A DNA stretch of 64,000 nucleotides from the human T2T-CHM13v2.0 reference genome, Homo sapiens. How positions within the stretch are numbered: position 1 is the stretch's first letter; each line of letters opens with the position of its first letter. The stretch lies in NCBI RefSeq assembly GCF_009914755.1, contig NC_060942.1. The stretch is one strand, 5' to 3'. The notes beneath the pieces are model-generated. The model saw only the letters and a list, made by a program, of their open reading frames with translations. It made no database searches and was not told the origin of the DNA. The translations under genes and the position numbers were made by a program. Of this stretch, positions 42,837-59,565 are shown in pieces.

Positions 42837-45059
42837 CTTGGCCCTATCTCTGTGAGTCTATGAAATATCATTATTAAGAATACTGGGAGTAATCAGTCAG
42901 TATTTTGATTACTAGGTGAGTACCTCATCCTTCCAAAACTGCCTCTTCAAATGACTGACATAGTCCTAAGGATCAAATCAACTTCACTCAGGAATCCAGT
43001 CTTTGATCCCCACACCTTGCCTGACACTACTCTGACCAAGAACCCAATGAAGCCCTCGCACCGCAGCTGGTCACCACTCTACACAGAGACCTGCCTCCCT
43101 GGGACAGGAAGAGGATGTGTCTATCGCTCAGCAGGTGATGGGCACTGACAGTGGCTTTGTGGGGTGTTGGTGTGTGCACCCCCCCGCCCATGCACTGGGC
43201 CCCTGTTGGCTTTGGGGTTTGTCTTTGCAGCCCCGTCATTGTTCTTGGAGAATAGATGCGCAGAAACAGCCTGCAGAAAACAGCACAGAAACCCCGCTGC
43301 AGCAGGGCTCCCCTTCCGCCCCCCATAAGGCACAGGCAGGGATGATTACCTTCCTCAGCCAACATCAAAGAATGTTAAATGTTGGAGAGAATGCTCTCTT
43401 TGGTGCTTAAAAGTCACTCCCCCCAAACACTCACCAGGGCATCCAGGGGAAAAATAAGCCCCTTGCCATCTACCAGATGTGTTTATTGTGGGGAAAAAAA
43501 GCCTAAGCAAATCTCCCCAATAGGTCAGAATCTTAACAAGGATAGTAACTCCCTTAACATTCAGATGCAGCATTAACCACATCCATAAACTAAATCTACA
43601 AACAGCAGAAATAATAATAAAAAAGATATTTATGGAGGCAATGTATGAGAGGTAATAGTAAAGAGACTCCCTTCCCGTTGTTGTCAGCCCCTGAGCTCTA
43701 TGATTCTGAATAGCTGACAGCCTTCCAACCTCATAAATTCCAAGAACTGCAGCCACTGGGAGCAGCACAGCCTCCGGCCCCTCTGTCCCTTGGGTTTCTT
43801 ACAGAAAGGTAAAATGACCAGCATGCATACATTGTAATGGGACATAAGGTGAAGGAGGTCTTTTGCTTTCATTCTAAAGCAGAAAGTGTCCCAGTATTTA
43901 TGGGAAATCACTATTTCTGTGTGTGTTTTCAAGTTTTCATGTATTAATGAGCGAAATTATCAGTGCGGCTAACTGGGCTGTCTCCATGCTATATGGACAG
44001 TCTCCTTCTCAGACACTGGAAGCCAGAGGCTGAGCCATGTGGGTGTTGTCAGACAGCAGCAACAGTTTCCGAAGGAAAACCTGGAGAAGACTCTATAGCA
44101 GAGAACAATAGAGTACTGGCAGAAGTAGATGCAAAATACTAACAATGCTTTATGTTCAAATTATCCCTTTTGTTCTTGATTTCAAAGCCCTGAACACAGA
44201 AATTCAATCTCAAATATTTATCTGCGGTCAGCATCCTTGCCCCATTTCACAGAATGGGAGACAGGTGCAGAGAGTGAAAAGAGCAGTCCATAGCAGCAGC
44301 AGGGCTATGAAGAGAAACTTTTTGCTCCCACCCAGGCTGTGGCCCATCCTTCTGAGTTGGAGTCACAGCAAAGCCTCCGACTGGAACAGAAACAAAATCA
44401 ACTCAGCCTTTCCTCTTTCAGAGGGAGTCAGGGCTAATATCCAGCTGCTGGAAGTGAGAGGCCTTTGGAGGAAGAACTCTGAGAGGCAAGGCTCCCATCT
44501 GCTCTTTGTGGACATTTAATATCTCAGGGCGATTTCTGCAGAGCAAAGTTTATCCCAGACTCTGGGCTGGATGTTTCCTGCCTCACAGGCATGCAGGGGC
44601 TGTGAGCTATTGGTGTCCCTGGCCATTACGCTTCCACCCCTGAAGAGACTCGAATCAGAAGCAGATCAAGTGGTTTCTGTATGATTATGGCTTAGAAATG
44701 ATGAGCGGCGGTAGAAACATGAGATAGGATCATCATCTTTAATCCTGCACCAGCGCCAGCACGTTGGTCATTTGCTTGTATGGAACGTCAGTTTCAGAGG
44801 GGGCGATTCCATTTAAGAAGGATGTGGTGCTTTCCCATCAGGCAGGTGAAATTGACTTCCGTTGATGATAGGATGCCTGCATATTTGAAAACAGGAAAGC
44901 ATTTGCTTTGCCCCAGTTCACTTTTTGGTTAAATAATATTCAAAGAGGTAGGGTGATAAAACTCCTTTGTCACTTGTCAGCCCTGAGGGAAAAAGCGGGG
45001 GGGCGGGGGCGGTAGAAAAATATAGAAAAGAAAGCAATTATAAAATAGAACTCAAATAA

Positions 45060-45431
<372 letters not shown>

Positions 45432-46179
45432 TAATAAACCCAGAGTTGAAACAGTCTCTAACTTTGACATTATCAACGTGTGTGAAATGTGATAAGAAAC
45501 AAAAGCCATCGTGCAACTATGAGGGCAGTAATTATTGTAACACTTGAAATGCCCTGGGGATGAAGCATGAGACTCCACACAGAGTCTTGGACTGCCATCC
45601 ATTCTGCTTTGGGGAAATTTGAATGTCTATGCTTTTTCCTCTTTCCCTTTTGTTTTCCAAACACAGAGGCCAAATACAGAAGAGCAAAGCAGACAGAAAA
45701 CTAGTTTGGTTGTGGTTTGTTTTGGGTTTTTTGGTCCTATCTCCTGCTCGTCTCTCTCCTCCTCCTTCGTCGACTTTCCTCCAACCCTCTGCAAACTTTG
45801 CCTCCCGCTAACCCTTCAATCATTTCTGTCTTCAGGTGCCTGCTTTCTTCCTTTATTTAACTGATGTTAACACAGTACATCTCAGTTTTTCTCTAGACTG
45901 ACACCATTCTCGTTAAAAAATATATCAATGTGTCCTGGAATATTTCAATGTCGCTCCTTAAACCCAGCAGAATTTTTCCCCATCACAGAAGATGTGTAGA
46001 CATGTAGGGAGAGATGTGTCCTCAGACCACTGCCATCTCCGGGAAGGTAACCTCAAGACTGATCTCATCTGTGGGCAAATCACAAAACAATGACACTCTT
46101 AATGATTTTGCCTCCCAAGCTATTATAACCTGAAGACCAAGGGCATTAAAAACAAACCCACTGAAAACCTTCATAATCA

Positions 46180-46464
<285 letters not shown>

Positions 46465-46715
46465 TTAATAAAGACACAGGAAAGCCAAGTTTTGGTGGGA
46501 GTCACTGAGAATGAAAGCTTCTAAAAGGCAAATCTACATCTGCTTAGGGTTCTTGGTCTTTGTTTAAAGTAAGACACGACGCTTTCTGCAAGAATGACAA
46601 GGTCTTTCATGGAACAGAACTGCCTGTGATGCCCACGTGCATGAATAGGGCTGATACAAACAGCACAAAACCCCATCAAGCTGCTAGAATATGAATAGTC
46701 AGACTGTGCCCCAAG

Positions 46716-47103
46716 TCTTAGTTTGGGTGCTCCAGAAATAATCCCCAGGACTAGGATTTAAGTGCAATTAGTTTATTTGATATGAGATCCAGAGAGCACT
46801 TGTAGCACAGTAAGCAAGACAGAAACAGAATGACAGACAAGAAAGGGTTCCTTGTCAAGTGAGTTACAACTATGGGTACCCGCAGCTCTAACCTGCTGTG
46901 GAAATCCAGGAGCCAGCGTAGCAGATGCACTTCCGAGGGTCCCGCCATCTGTAATTGGCTGAGTCGTCCCAGGAGTCATGGATCCCATGGCAGCCAGAGA
47001 GCACTTATGGGAGAAGAAATGTACATGCTGGCAGCTGGAAATCCAGCGCTCCAAAGTGGGGAGGGGAGAAAGATATGGATGGGGCACTGACAGCCCCGAC
47101 ACA
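46716..47103 (-). mobile_element. ERVL LTR (LTR41/LTR33-like)
   Basis: gtcttagtttgggtgctccagaa...aggatttaagtgcaattagtttattt antisense ERVL LTR end. Confidence 0.5.
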
Positions 47104-47575
47104 GGCTCCCAGGATCCCTCACGGCCTCTTATTTCCATATTACAACAGCATATTAAACAACACTCAGAAGCATGTGGCTCTTTGGTTAGTGATGATTGTA
47201 AAGGGTGGCCCTGAGTTGTGTCAATTGGGAGTACTAATGGTTTAGATAAATTAGTAGCTGAGTGCCCCATGGAGGTGTGAGCCCTGCCTGAGAGGAGTTT
47301 GGAGCAAAAGTATTTCTAGGCAGTATTCCTATAAATCCTACAGCAAAAAAATTGCATATACCCATTGCACGTTTATTCCTCCACAGGCAGAGAAGCAGGA
47401 GATGGCAGCTCCTTAACCCACCAGCTGGAGAATCGTCTACAGCAGTGGTCTCTGCAGCAGTGTTCTTGGGCATCCCTGTACCCTCAACATACCTTGACCC
47501 AGCATTTGACACATAGTAAATGTGCCCAATAAATGTTTGAACAATGAATCAGTGGATGGATGAATGGATGATGAG

Positions 47576-47993
47576 TGCTATGGTTTGGATACAGTTTGGC
47601 CCTAGCAAGTCTCATGTTGAAATGCAATCCCCTGTGGTGGAGATGGGGCCTGGTGGAGGGGTTCTGATCATGGGGCAAATCCCACATGAACATCTTGGTG
47701 CTGTCCTCCCAGTAGTGAGTGAGTTCTCACTCTAATAGTTCCTACGAAAATTGATTGTTTTAAAAAAGCCTGGTACCTCCTCCCTTTTGTCTCTTGCTTC
47801 TTCTCTTGCCTTGTGATGCCTGATCTGCTTCCCCTTCTGTTCATGGAAGCTTCTGAAGCCCTCACCAGAAGTAGATGCTGGCGCCATGCTTCTTGTATAG
47901 TCTGTAAAACTGTGTATCAAATAAACCTCTTTTCCTTACAAATTGTCCAGCTGCAGGTAATCCCTTATAGCAACACAAAAACGGACTAAGACA
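47576..47993 (+). mobile_element. MST (MSTB-like) solo LTR
   Basis: tgctatggtttggat...tagcaacacaaaaacggactaagaca; 5-bp TSD atgag. Confidence 0.9.
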
Positions 47994-48216
47994 ATGAGTC
48001 ACATTTGTAATGAAAAGTGTAGTCTTTGAAAATTTGGCGTGACTTACCTGGAGGTTTGTAATAATTTGATCTACACAGGGTGACACAGGACAGCAACCAT
48101 CTGTATATCATTGGGCTATTATATCCATCAGACTTGAGGATAATCTTCTGAGGGCAGGGACAGTGTCCATTTCTTGCCATTGAGTTTCCAGTGCTCACAA
48201 CAAAGATGCGTCGATG

Positions 48217-48812
<596 letters not shown>

Positions 48813-48879
48813 TGGAATCTCAGAGTATCCTCAATATAACAGAAATTATTTTTCCAAAAAAACGGAAATACAGCCACTG

Positions 48880-49326
48880 TGAGAGGTGAGGCCAGCTGGA
48901 CTTCTTGGGTCCAGTGGGAACTTGGGCAAGTTTTCTGTCTTACAAGAGGATTGTAAAACGCACCAGTCAGCGCTCTGTAAAATGCACTAATCAGTGCTCT
49001 GTAAAACGCACCAATCAGCAGGATTCTAAAAGTAGCCAATCATGGGGAGGACTGAAAAAAGGCTCTCTGATAGGACAGAAATAGAACATGGGAGGGGACA
49101 ACAAGGGAATAAAAGCTGGCCACTCCAGCCAGCAGAGGCAACCCTCTCAGGTCGCCATCCGCAGTGGAAACTTTGTCCTTTAGCTCTTCACAACAAACCT
49201 TGCTACTGCTCAGTCTCTGGGTCCGTGCCATCTTTAAGAGCTGTAGTAATCACCACGAAGGTCCGTGGCTTCTTTCTTGAAGACAGTGAGACCATGACCC
49301 ACCGGCAGGAACAAACTCTGGACACA
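48880..49326 (+). mobile_element. Solo ERV9 LTR (LTR12F-like)
   Basis: tgagaggtgaggccagctggactt...gggaataaaagctggcc...actctggacaca; TSD actg/attg (one mismatch). Confidence 0.92.
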
Positions 49327-50071
49327 ATTGGACCAAAATGGCCTTTTAAGTAAGTTCTGAGTCCCACGTTCATTATCTGCAGAACTTTGGGATTTCAGGA
49401 CACAATTCCAGGCAAATGAGTTTCTACAGCCTCAGTATATTTGGGGAAAAAAAAAGTTCAATCAATGAAAATCTAGACCAGGGATCAAGAAATTTGGGTT
49501 CCTGTCCTGATTCTGGCTAATGCATGTCTTAGCTTGACTTACTTAAAAGGTAAAGAGAAGTAACATTAGAGAAGCATTTAGAGCATTTTTAAAAGGGAGG
49601 TATTGTTAATAAAGAAAGACCATTGGCATAATTGCATTGTTGAAATACTGTACTATGGAAACACACCTTTTTCTCTGAAAAATCTTACGCAAAAACAGAT
49701 GACAGAAAAGCAATCCAGTCAGCTCAGATTAACACTCTAATAGAAGAAAGAGGGCAAATATGAAAAAATGCAGTCATTTACTTAAAAGCAATTTCTAAAG
49801 CAAAAAAAAATTAATAATAACTAAATCTGTGATACAGACTTCATTTGCTATTAGGAATGAATTTGGCTGGGTCTTGGAGCCTTACACCATGCATCAAAAC
49901 TAATTTGAGCTTGGATGATTTTCTTTTTCATATGGTATATTTAACTCTTATCAGATGGATATACGGACAAATAAGTAATGACATGTGCACAGTAAATTAA
50001 GCTAAAGCCATTTTTCTCCTTTAGGGACTTAACATGGGGAAAGCATTATTCAGGGATGATTTCTTCAGACA

Positions 50072-50217
50072 CCCGCCCCTGTAAGAGCCTGTCATGGACC
50101 TGAGTTATTAACGTAGTATAAAAGAAGAAATTTGGTGCTGTTGCCCACGTGTTCTTCCTGAGCCCTGCTAAACTGGACTCCACTGTGCCCTGCACGATAG
50201 GCTTGTTGCTAGGTAAC
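50072..50217 (+). promoter_or_regulatory. Candidate promoter module: GC box, TATA, E-box, RFX X-box
   Basis: CCCGCCCC 50072-50079; TATAAAAG 50117-50124; CACGTG 50146-50151; GTTGCTAGGTAAC 50205-50217. Confidence 0.35.
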
Positions 50218-50355
50218 AGTCACAGGAACCCCGGAAAGCCTTTCTTCAGGGCTGCAGATATTTTCTAGTAAAGCCCTGGCTTCTGCAGTCTGGAAACTAT
50301 GTTTCCATTGCTCATTGTCTCTGTTGCTCTTCCTCCCATTTGTTTTTGTTTACAG

Positions 50356-50450
50356 ATCCCAATTTAACAAATGAGTTCATCCATCTCATGCGGTTAAACA
50401 GCTGTGTAAAATAGAGACCCCACTTTAATGGTATTGATTTACTGCAACAG
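50356..50450 (+). ncRNA. Candidate non-coding exon (95 nt)
   Basis: Acceptor ctcttcctcccatttgtttttgtttacag|; donor cag|gtaatt; stop codons in all three frames. Confidence 0.35.
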
Positions 50451-51829
50451 GTAATTTAATAGAGAGCATTCGACCACTGGTGTTTGTCTCTACTTTGTAC
50501 AAAGAGAAGCGTTAGGAAAAGCATGCAACCATATTAAGATGCTTCACAACAGGATGCTCTTTAAAATATAGGTTTAACTGAGACGAAATCTGTTTCAAAC
50601 CACAACTGTTTTAGAGACAAGTGGAGGTATTTGAAAATGAACTAGATACTAAATGACATTAAGAAATATATTAAAATGTCAGATGTGGAAATCGCCTGGT
50701 GGTTATGGAAGAGAATGTACTCATTCTTTGAAATAATGCTAAGAGTACAGTGTCATAATATCTGAAATTACTTTAAAAGGTTTCAGCTAAAAATACGACA
50801 AAATATTAATATTACTAGATCTGGATGGTGTGCTCTGTGAGTATTCATTGTTCTATTCATATTTTTATATGTTGAAATTTTTCATAATAAAAAGTAATTC
50901 ATAATTTAAAATCACTAAAAAACCAACTACCATCTTCAGAGGAAGATCTTGTAACATGGAAGGCCCATTTATTCTGCTCCTAAAAAGAATGAGAATTTTA
51001 AAGGGGGGTGGAGTAGCAATCGAGAAAGGAGATTGGGGAGGCAGAGAGAGAAAAAGTGTGTAGGGTTGAGGACCCTGTAGAGGGAAGTGGCCATTTAGAA
51101 ACCCCCAGTGGTAAGTGGATGCAGAATAATGACTTGTAGTGCTCAATTTGAAATCATTGCGTCTCTGCAGTCTAAAGTCCTTCTCTATGAAACAAAATTA
51201 TTCAGTAAGTTGTGCTATATTTAAAAGGGTTCGTGAGAGTGAAAAATGAATCAGGTGTCAACTTCAATGTTGTAGAAAGAGTCAAAAGGCACACGATGGT
51301 AAAACCATCCATAGACTTAGCCATTTCCATGGAAGCTGCAGTTGATGGTGACCATGAGACTCAGGTCCTTGGGAATTCATGGAAAGCTTTGGAACGGGGT
51401 TGAACGTCTAACCACGAATGAAATTAGACTTGAAACAATCTCATCTTGATCTCAAGGGCTCAGGTTACATCGGGATAATAAATTTTAGTCTTTCTTCAAG
51501 TCTAATAAGGTTGAAATAAAGTATATATCTTATTTGTAACAAAGTAGGGCATGCATTTATCAATTAATCAGATCACAAAATAGATACATTTACTATGAAA
51601 GTCATCCGATAAATGTTTATTCAGCATATACAGTGTTCCAGGTACATTTTTATGAGCTGAAGACTGACATAGCAACAGTGGGTTATATTTTGGCATGGCA
51701 TTGTAAAAGAAGGATGGGTCCTAGACATCACTTGAAGGCAGAGCAAAAAAAAAAAAAAAAAAAAAAATTGCCGATGGCTTCGAGGTACAGGAGAACGAGA
51801 GTAGTAAATGAGGACATCCTTGTTTTCTA

Positions 51830-53040
51830 CTGAGCAACAGGAAAAATTGAGTTTTCATTAAGCGACATGGGAAAGACTGCAGGAAGAGCAGGTTTGGCGG
51901 GAACAGTGGAAGATCAGAGACTGGATATGTTAAGTTTGAGATACTACTTGACATCTAGTGGAGATGTGCTGCAGGCAGATGGATATATGCATCAGGAGTG
52001 TACTGAAGTCTGGGACAGAAACATAAGTTTAAAGTGTGTATTGTGTGTTTATTGTTTTAAGGTTACCTGGGATTTGTTTCAATCAGTCATGGTAAGACAC
52101 ACAGACGTGCATAGGACTGCCATGAAGGAAGAAGTGTATTATATTCACAGATCCCTAGAAACAGGTGGCATGGCAGGCCAAGCAGGGCCACACGGGGAAG
52201 CACCAAAGTGAAATGGGAGGGCAGAGCAGAGAGAGAGGGAAATTGTAGGCAAGAGCCTTCACTGTGGTTTCCCTGAGAAAGAATGGGTGAGGCAGTGTGG
52301 GCATTTCAGATTGGCTAGTTAGTATAATTTCAGTGGGCTCTGGGTGTGGGTGCTGTCCCTCGTTGTCTGGTATCTGGTCCTGGGGTGGTTAAAGCAGATG
52401 GACGGTGGCCCAGGGTGTGAAAGTTCAGATGAGGAAATGGTGAAGAATAAGGGCTCTGGCTTGGTTTGGTTTGCATTTGAGAGAGTTGTTTACTACTTCT
52501 AGGAATTGGCTAACCCTGGGAGAAGCAGTCCCTCCAGGGTCAGCCAGGCCCCAGATGTCAAAGCATCAGCATTTAGAAAATAAAAAACACCACAGTTAAT
52601 ACAATAATATTCAAAATTATGACCATGGATGAGATCATCAGGGGTTGGAGCTATGGGCACGCCAAGCAAGAGGTCAGCAAGATGAGATGGATACAGCAAA
52701 TAAAACAGATTAAAGGGGGGAAAGCAGCAGAGAAAACCAGGAGAATGTGGTACCCCCAAAGTCAAGCGAATAGTTTCCCAGAGGCAGCGGTGAGAAACTG
52801 TGCCAAATGCTACCCATAGGTCAAGTAAACAACATGGGGGTCATTGGTGACATTTGCAAGAGTAATTCCAGTGAAGTTTTGGGATCAAAAGCTCACATGA
52901 ATCATATTTAACAGAACAGAAGGCAGGATTTGGGAAGACTACTAACTCCTCTTTTGAGATGTTTTGCAATAAAGGGAGCACAGAAATGAAGTAAAACCCA
53001 GAGTGGGGTCAATCTAATTTTTTTTTTAAGATGGAAGGAA
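51830..53040 (-). mobile_element. L2 fossil interrupted by MER74
   Basis: ggaagagcaggtttgg...tgttaagtttgagat...; gccatggatgagatca-like and cattggtgac motifs. Confidence 0.55.
52045..52600 (-). mobile_element. ERVL LTR (MER74-like)
   Basis: ctaggaattggctaaccctgggagaagcagtccctccagggtcagccaggccccagatgtcaaag. Confidence 0.65.
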
Positions 53041-53155
53041 AAACTGAGCAAAGGAATGGCACAAGGAAGAGCCTGGAGAGGTGCCCGTGAGTAGCCAAGC
53101 AGGAACCAAGAGGAGGGTCCAGCCTTGTATAGGGGTATGGACACTTCAGCCATAG

Positions 53156-53809
<654 letters not shown>

Positions 53810-56479
53810 TAGTGATGGGTGGGGAACAGGCACAGGTGCTGGTCTTCGTGAGGATAGGGTGGTGAGTGTAGTGGAAGTGCGTTCATGGCTTTGGTTTTCT
53901 CGGTGCAGTGCTGTTTTTAGCTTGAAGCCTGTTCTTTTATCTGATGCTGACTTTGATGGTATTGACTGGATAGGATACAACAATCTGATTCATGTGAAGT
54001 GAAAGAGACTCCCCCATCTCCTTTTTTATTTTGGCATGGCATTGTAAAAGAAGGAAATTGAAAGAAAGAAATGCTCATCTAAAAATACAGTCACATAAAC
54101 AGGAGGTGTATGATCCTGATTAAACTGCTCACACCATCTTGGGAACAAGTGGATGTGGGAAGAGAAAGAACTGAATGTGATAACAGTAAATATTTTGATG
54201 CCACTTCCAAGAAGCAAAAAGTTAATTCCTTCCCAGAGTATCCCAAAGGTAAGAGAAGAAGAAAAATAAAACCTCACCTACACAAAATGTGGATTCAGCA
54301 TTTGACTGCATCAGGAAAGGCTTGATAGCCTCCGAGGGAGTCCCTAAGAAAATGGTTTAGGAGAGAGATGCGCAGGCACACACACCCCCCTATACACTTA
54401 ACACTCTTAACCTCTCAAATCCCTGACAGATCGCAGTCCCGGGAGTTATGCTCCTGGGACTGGGACGCCTGCATTCAAGCAGCTTATTCTTTTGACCTTG
54501 TGGTTGTTATGTGCCAGTTGCAATGACATGTCCCCTGCTCTCCTCTTATAAATAAAGGCAATTTACTCATCACCGTCAAACAGTGCCCTAAAGACACATT
54601 TTTTTTTCATGTTCGTAACAATCCTCTAGGTGGGTGGGGTAGCCTTCGTGGAAGTGATGGGGCTCTGAGCCTGATGAGAAATCGTAAAGTGCTCCCACTG
54701 CACAGAAAAAGTCATCTCTGACATTCAGTCGGGCTGGACTTTGAGCTGCCAGTCCAGTCCTAAGACAGGCTTGTCCTCTCCACAGAGCTGGCCCTGCCTC
54801 CCCTGTAGGTGTGGCCGGCAGTGTGTCCTGGGCAGCAGGGTCCACAGCATTGCCAGCTGAGTCTCCCAGACACCTTCCCAGGGGCTGGGCCACCTCTGTG
54901 TAGCACTGCAACTCACCCAACCGAGGGCGTAAAGGCACAGCCAGGAGCAATGGGTTTCCGGCCTCCCTGAATGAGATCCTCCTACCCCGTCCAAGGAGCT
55001 GTATGCTTTCTCGGATGCCCTGCGAGCCTTTATTCACTTCCCTTGGGTGTGCATTTGGTGTGTTTAGATTCTAGCTGACTCACTCTGGGCCTTAAAAACC
55101 ATTTTACCTTTAATTCACCCATCTGCTGTCCAGGAGGGAATCATTTTCAAGCCAAAGTTTCTCACCTGGGTCATGCCTATCTCTTGCAGAGATAAATCAC
55201 AGTTCGCCCTCTCACTAGAAAAGATCCAGCAGACAGAAGGTTTTCATTTGTACCAAGGCCCCCGTGTTATCTTTTATGCTAGTCACAATTCCTTTCCCAG
55301 CCTTTCTTCTCCATCATGAAAATGTATCACAGTTAAGGAAAAGAAAGCTCCCGCATCTAGGGTCCTCTGAGGTCCTAACTGATTTAAACCACAGGCTGAT
55401 TTTCTGTTTGCCCTTTCTTCCCATGGAAACAGAATTCACACTGCACGGCCTGTGTTCAGGGAAGGGAATGACTGGCATTTGCCGTAGGGATAGCCAGTGC
55501 TGCTTCCCAATTCTCATTTTCCTGGGTATGGGTTACAAAGTCATCTTTATTCAGGCTCAGAAACTCTTGATTTATGTCACTAATAAGTATGTGCTTTGTG
55601 TTCCAGCCAGTGTGAACTGCTCAGAATACGTGACGTGCTGGTTATAAATTGATAACCATCTATTGTAGATCACAGGGAGCTCAGAAGGAGACAGTCATGT
55701 GCATCAATTCACAGTATATGGGCCTGGCCCCAGTGTGCACATCCCAGCCTGCGTGACCAGAGCATCTTAGCCTAACCCAAACTACCCTGCACGGTATCTA
55801 CAGCCATTTCTCAATTTCACTAAGAACACGGAGATCCTCTTTCAACTCGGTCATGTGTCTGGGTTATGAATCTAACTCTCCACTAAGAAGCCTGATCTCC
55901 CAAGTGAATATCTGCTCTGTTAACTGTCTGCCTTATGAGGAAATGAAGGTCCCACAGCAGTGAGAGGTAAATTTCAAACACAACAGGAATAAACTTGGAC
56001 TCTGTGCAGAAGGGTGCAACTCCCAGGATTTTCACAGAAAAGCAAATCATTTCCACCTAAGAAGCAACAAGGATAACAGAAGTTTAGTAAAACCCAGCCA
56101 CGCAGACACTGTCCTTCTCACCCAGTGTCCTCTCCTACCTCCCTTGCTTTCACGAATAAAGACTTAAAAGAAATATGTAAAGTTCAAGCTTCAGTTTTGT
56201 TAATTGCTTAACCGAATTGCTTTTCGGAAAGCATCTGTAATAGTCCTTGAAACTGATCCCAATGAATAGGAATTCACAAAAAACATTAGTAAGGTTGAGA
56301 TGCTTTTGTATTCATTTTGGGATGCTCAGGCCCCCTGGAACTGCATTTAGTCCAGGCGGGAAGGTAACTGAACTTTGCACAAGCAATGGTATGAGATGGG
56401 CACTTCTGGGCTCTGACAAGGGATGCTGTAAAAAGGAAAATCCTTGGATTGGCTATACCCTAAAAAATATGTAAGATTG

Positions 56480-56771
56480 GGCCGGACGTGGTGGCTCACG
56501 CCTGTAATCCCAGCACTTTAGGAGGCCAAGGCGGGTGGATCACCTGAGGTCAGGAATTAGAGACCAGCCTGGCCAACATGGTGAAACACCATCTCTACTA
56601 AAAATAAGAAAATTAGCTGGGTGTGGTGGCCTGCACCTGTAGTCTCAGCTACTCAGGAGGCTGAGGCAGGAGAATCACTTGAACCCGGGAGGCGGAGGTT
56701 GAAGTGAGCCAAGTCGCATCACTGCACTCCAGCCTGTGCAACAGAGTGACACTCCGTCTCAAAAAAAAAAA
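56480..56771 (+). mobile_element. Alu (AluSx)
   Basis: Full dimer. Confidence 0.95.
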
Positions 56772-58174
56772 TGTGCATGATTGTTAGAGTCCTCTGGGAG
56801 CAATTTTTAAAGTTCGTATCCATAATTGTTTTCTCTAGAAAAATTAGGACATTGAAAACCTGGTTATCTTTTTACCTTGCACACCATGTAGAGACGATGA
56901 TATTTTCTCTAAGTTCTGAATCATGACATTAAATAGGACAAGAAAATAAAAGCATGGCACTCCACCAGGACTGTCAGCTGAGATAGAAAACCTGATTAAC
57001 AGCAAATTTGGCACCTGAGACTTCTGCAAATGGAATGAATTGCCAAAGGCGTGTCTCACTGAGAGAACATTGCCTTTCCTTTCAGTTTTAGTGGAAAGTG
57101 TGTGTTATTCAATATGGTGCATTAATTGTTTTCTTAGGAAGCTGCGATCTAAATACAATTTTTAATACGTGCATTTGTAAGAAGTGTTTTATGTAGCTGG
57201 ATCTATATATCATAGTTGACTATTTTATTAAGTGCTTTAACTTTTTAAAAAATTGTGCCATATTTACAAATTATCTATACTAGCAAAAAACCTTATAGGG
57301 CAAGCTTAGGTTAATTACAGCCAGAATGCTTTTGGAGGTCTTGACACGTTTTCAATTTTGGTAAGAAAAACTCAGCATTGCTAAGAGTGTTATGCCAATA
57401 ACTAATTCCTATAGATGAAAATATATCGCTGTATAAAACTCAGCTGTCAAGATAGAAGCTATAATGACACAGCTTAGGAAAGTGGGAATTTTAAATGAAA
57501 AGTTCCAGAAGAAACAGAAAAGGTCAGCTAATTCATTCTCTTGCCTCTGTTAATCACCACAGCAACTGCGTTTCAAACATTTATGTTTCTCATTTCCAAT
57601 TAAGCCAAGGAGATTACCACATCTGGTGAAGGGTAAGGATGGAGTTTAGGACAATTAAACGTTTAGCACTGAATATATTTGATAGAGCATTTTTGTTACG
57701 GTTTTTTCAAATAGATATGATTTTCAAACCGCATGCCCAGAGCCTCGGTCTGCTAGAGATGCGACAAGGACCATTATAGGGAAACACTGGGGCAAACAGA
57801 TCATCACCCGCTTTCTGCTCTCCACTCTATAAGCAGCTCCTCCTTTCTCTCTCTCATAATACCAGGGCTTAAGAAAGAGGTGTTCTGTTACTTAAAGAAG
57901 TTGAAATAGCATTGTTTTAATCTATCTAATACCAAGAAGACATGAAAGCTTATTGTAGAATATTTAAACAGGGAAACCTGCTCATGACCTGTTACTAAAT
58001 TTTAAATGTGGTAACAAAGAAGTATGAACATTATAAGCCCTTTTTGTAAATATACTCAGACACAAAAAGAAAAAGGTGAATGAATGTTTAACAAATAATA
58101 TTGAGAGCTGAATACTAGGGGGTACAGATAATTTTTATTTTATTATTTTTGCTTCTCAGCATATTTTGGTTTTG

Positions 58175-59350
<1,176 letters not shown>

Positions 59351-59565
59351 GGGGTCAGGGACCCACTTGACCCCGAGCAGTCTAACTGGGAGGCACCCCC
59401 CAGCAGGAGCACACTGACACCTCACACGGCAGGGTACTCCAACAGACCTGCAGCTGAGGGTCCTGTCTGTTAGAAGGAAAACTAACAAACAGAAAGGACA
59501 TCCACACCAAAACCCCATCTCTACATCACCATCATCAAAGACCAAAAGTAGATAAAACCACGAAG

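Noticed and set aside
49945-50000. ctcttatcag... superficially like U2 snRNA
   Set aside because: Similarity does not extend beyond ~9 nt.
57715-57915. Possible hAT-Charlie MITE remnant
   Set aside because: Termini too degenerate to support by eye.
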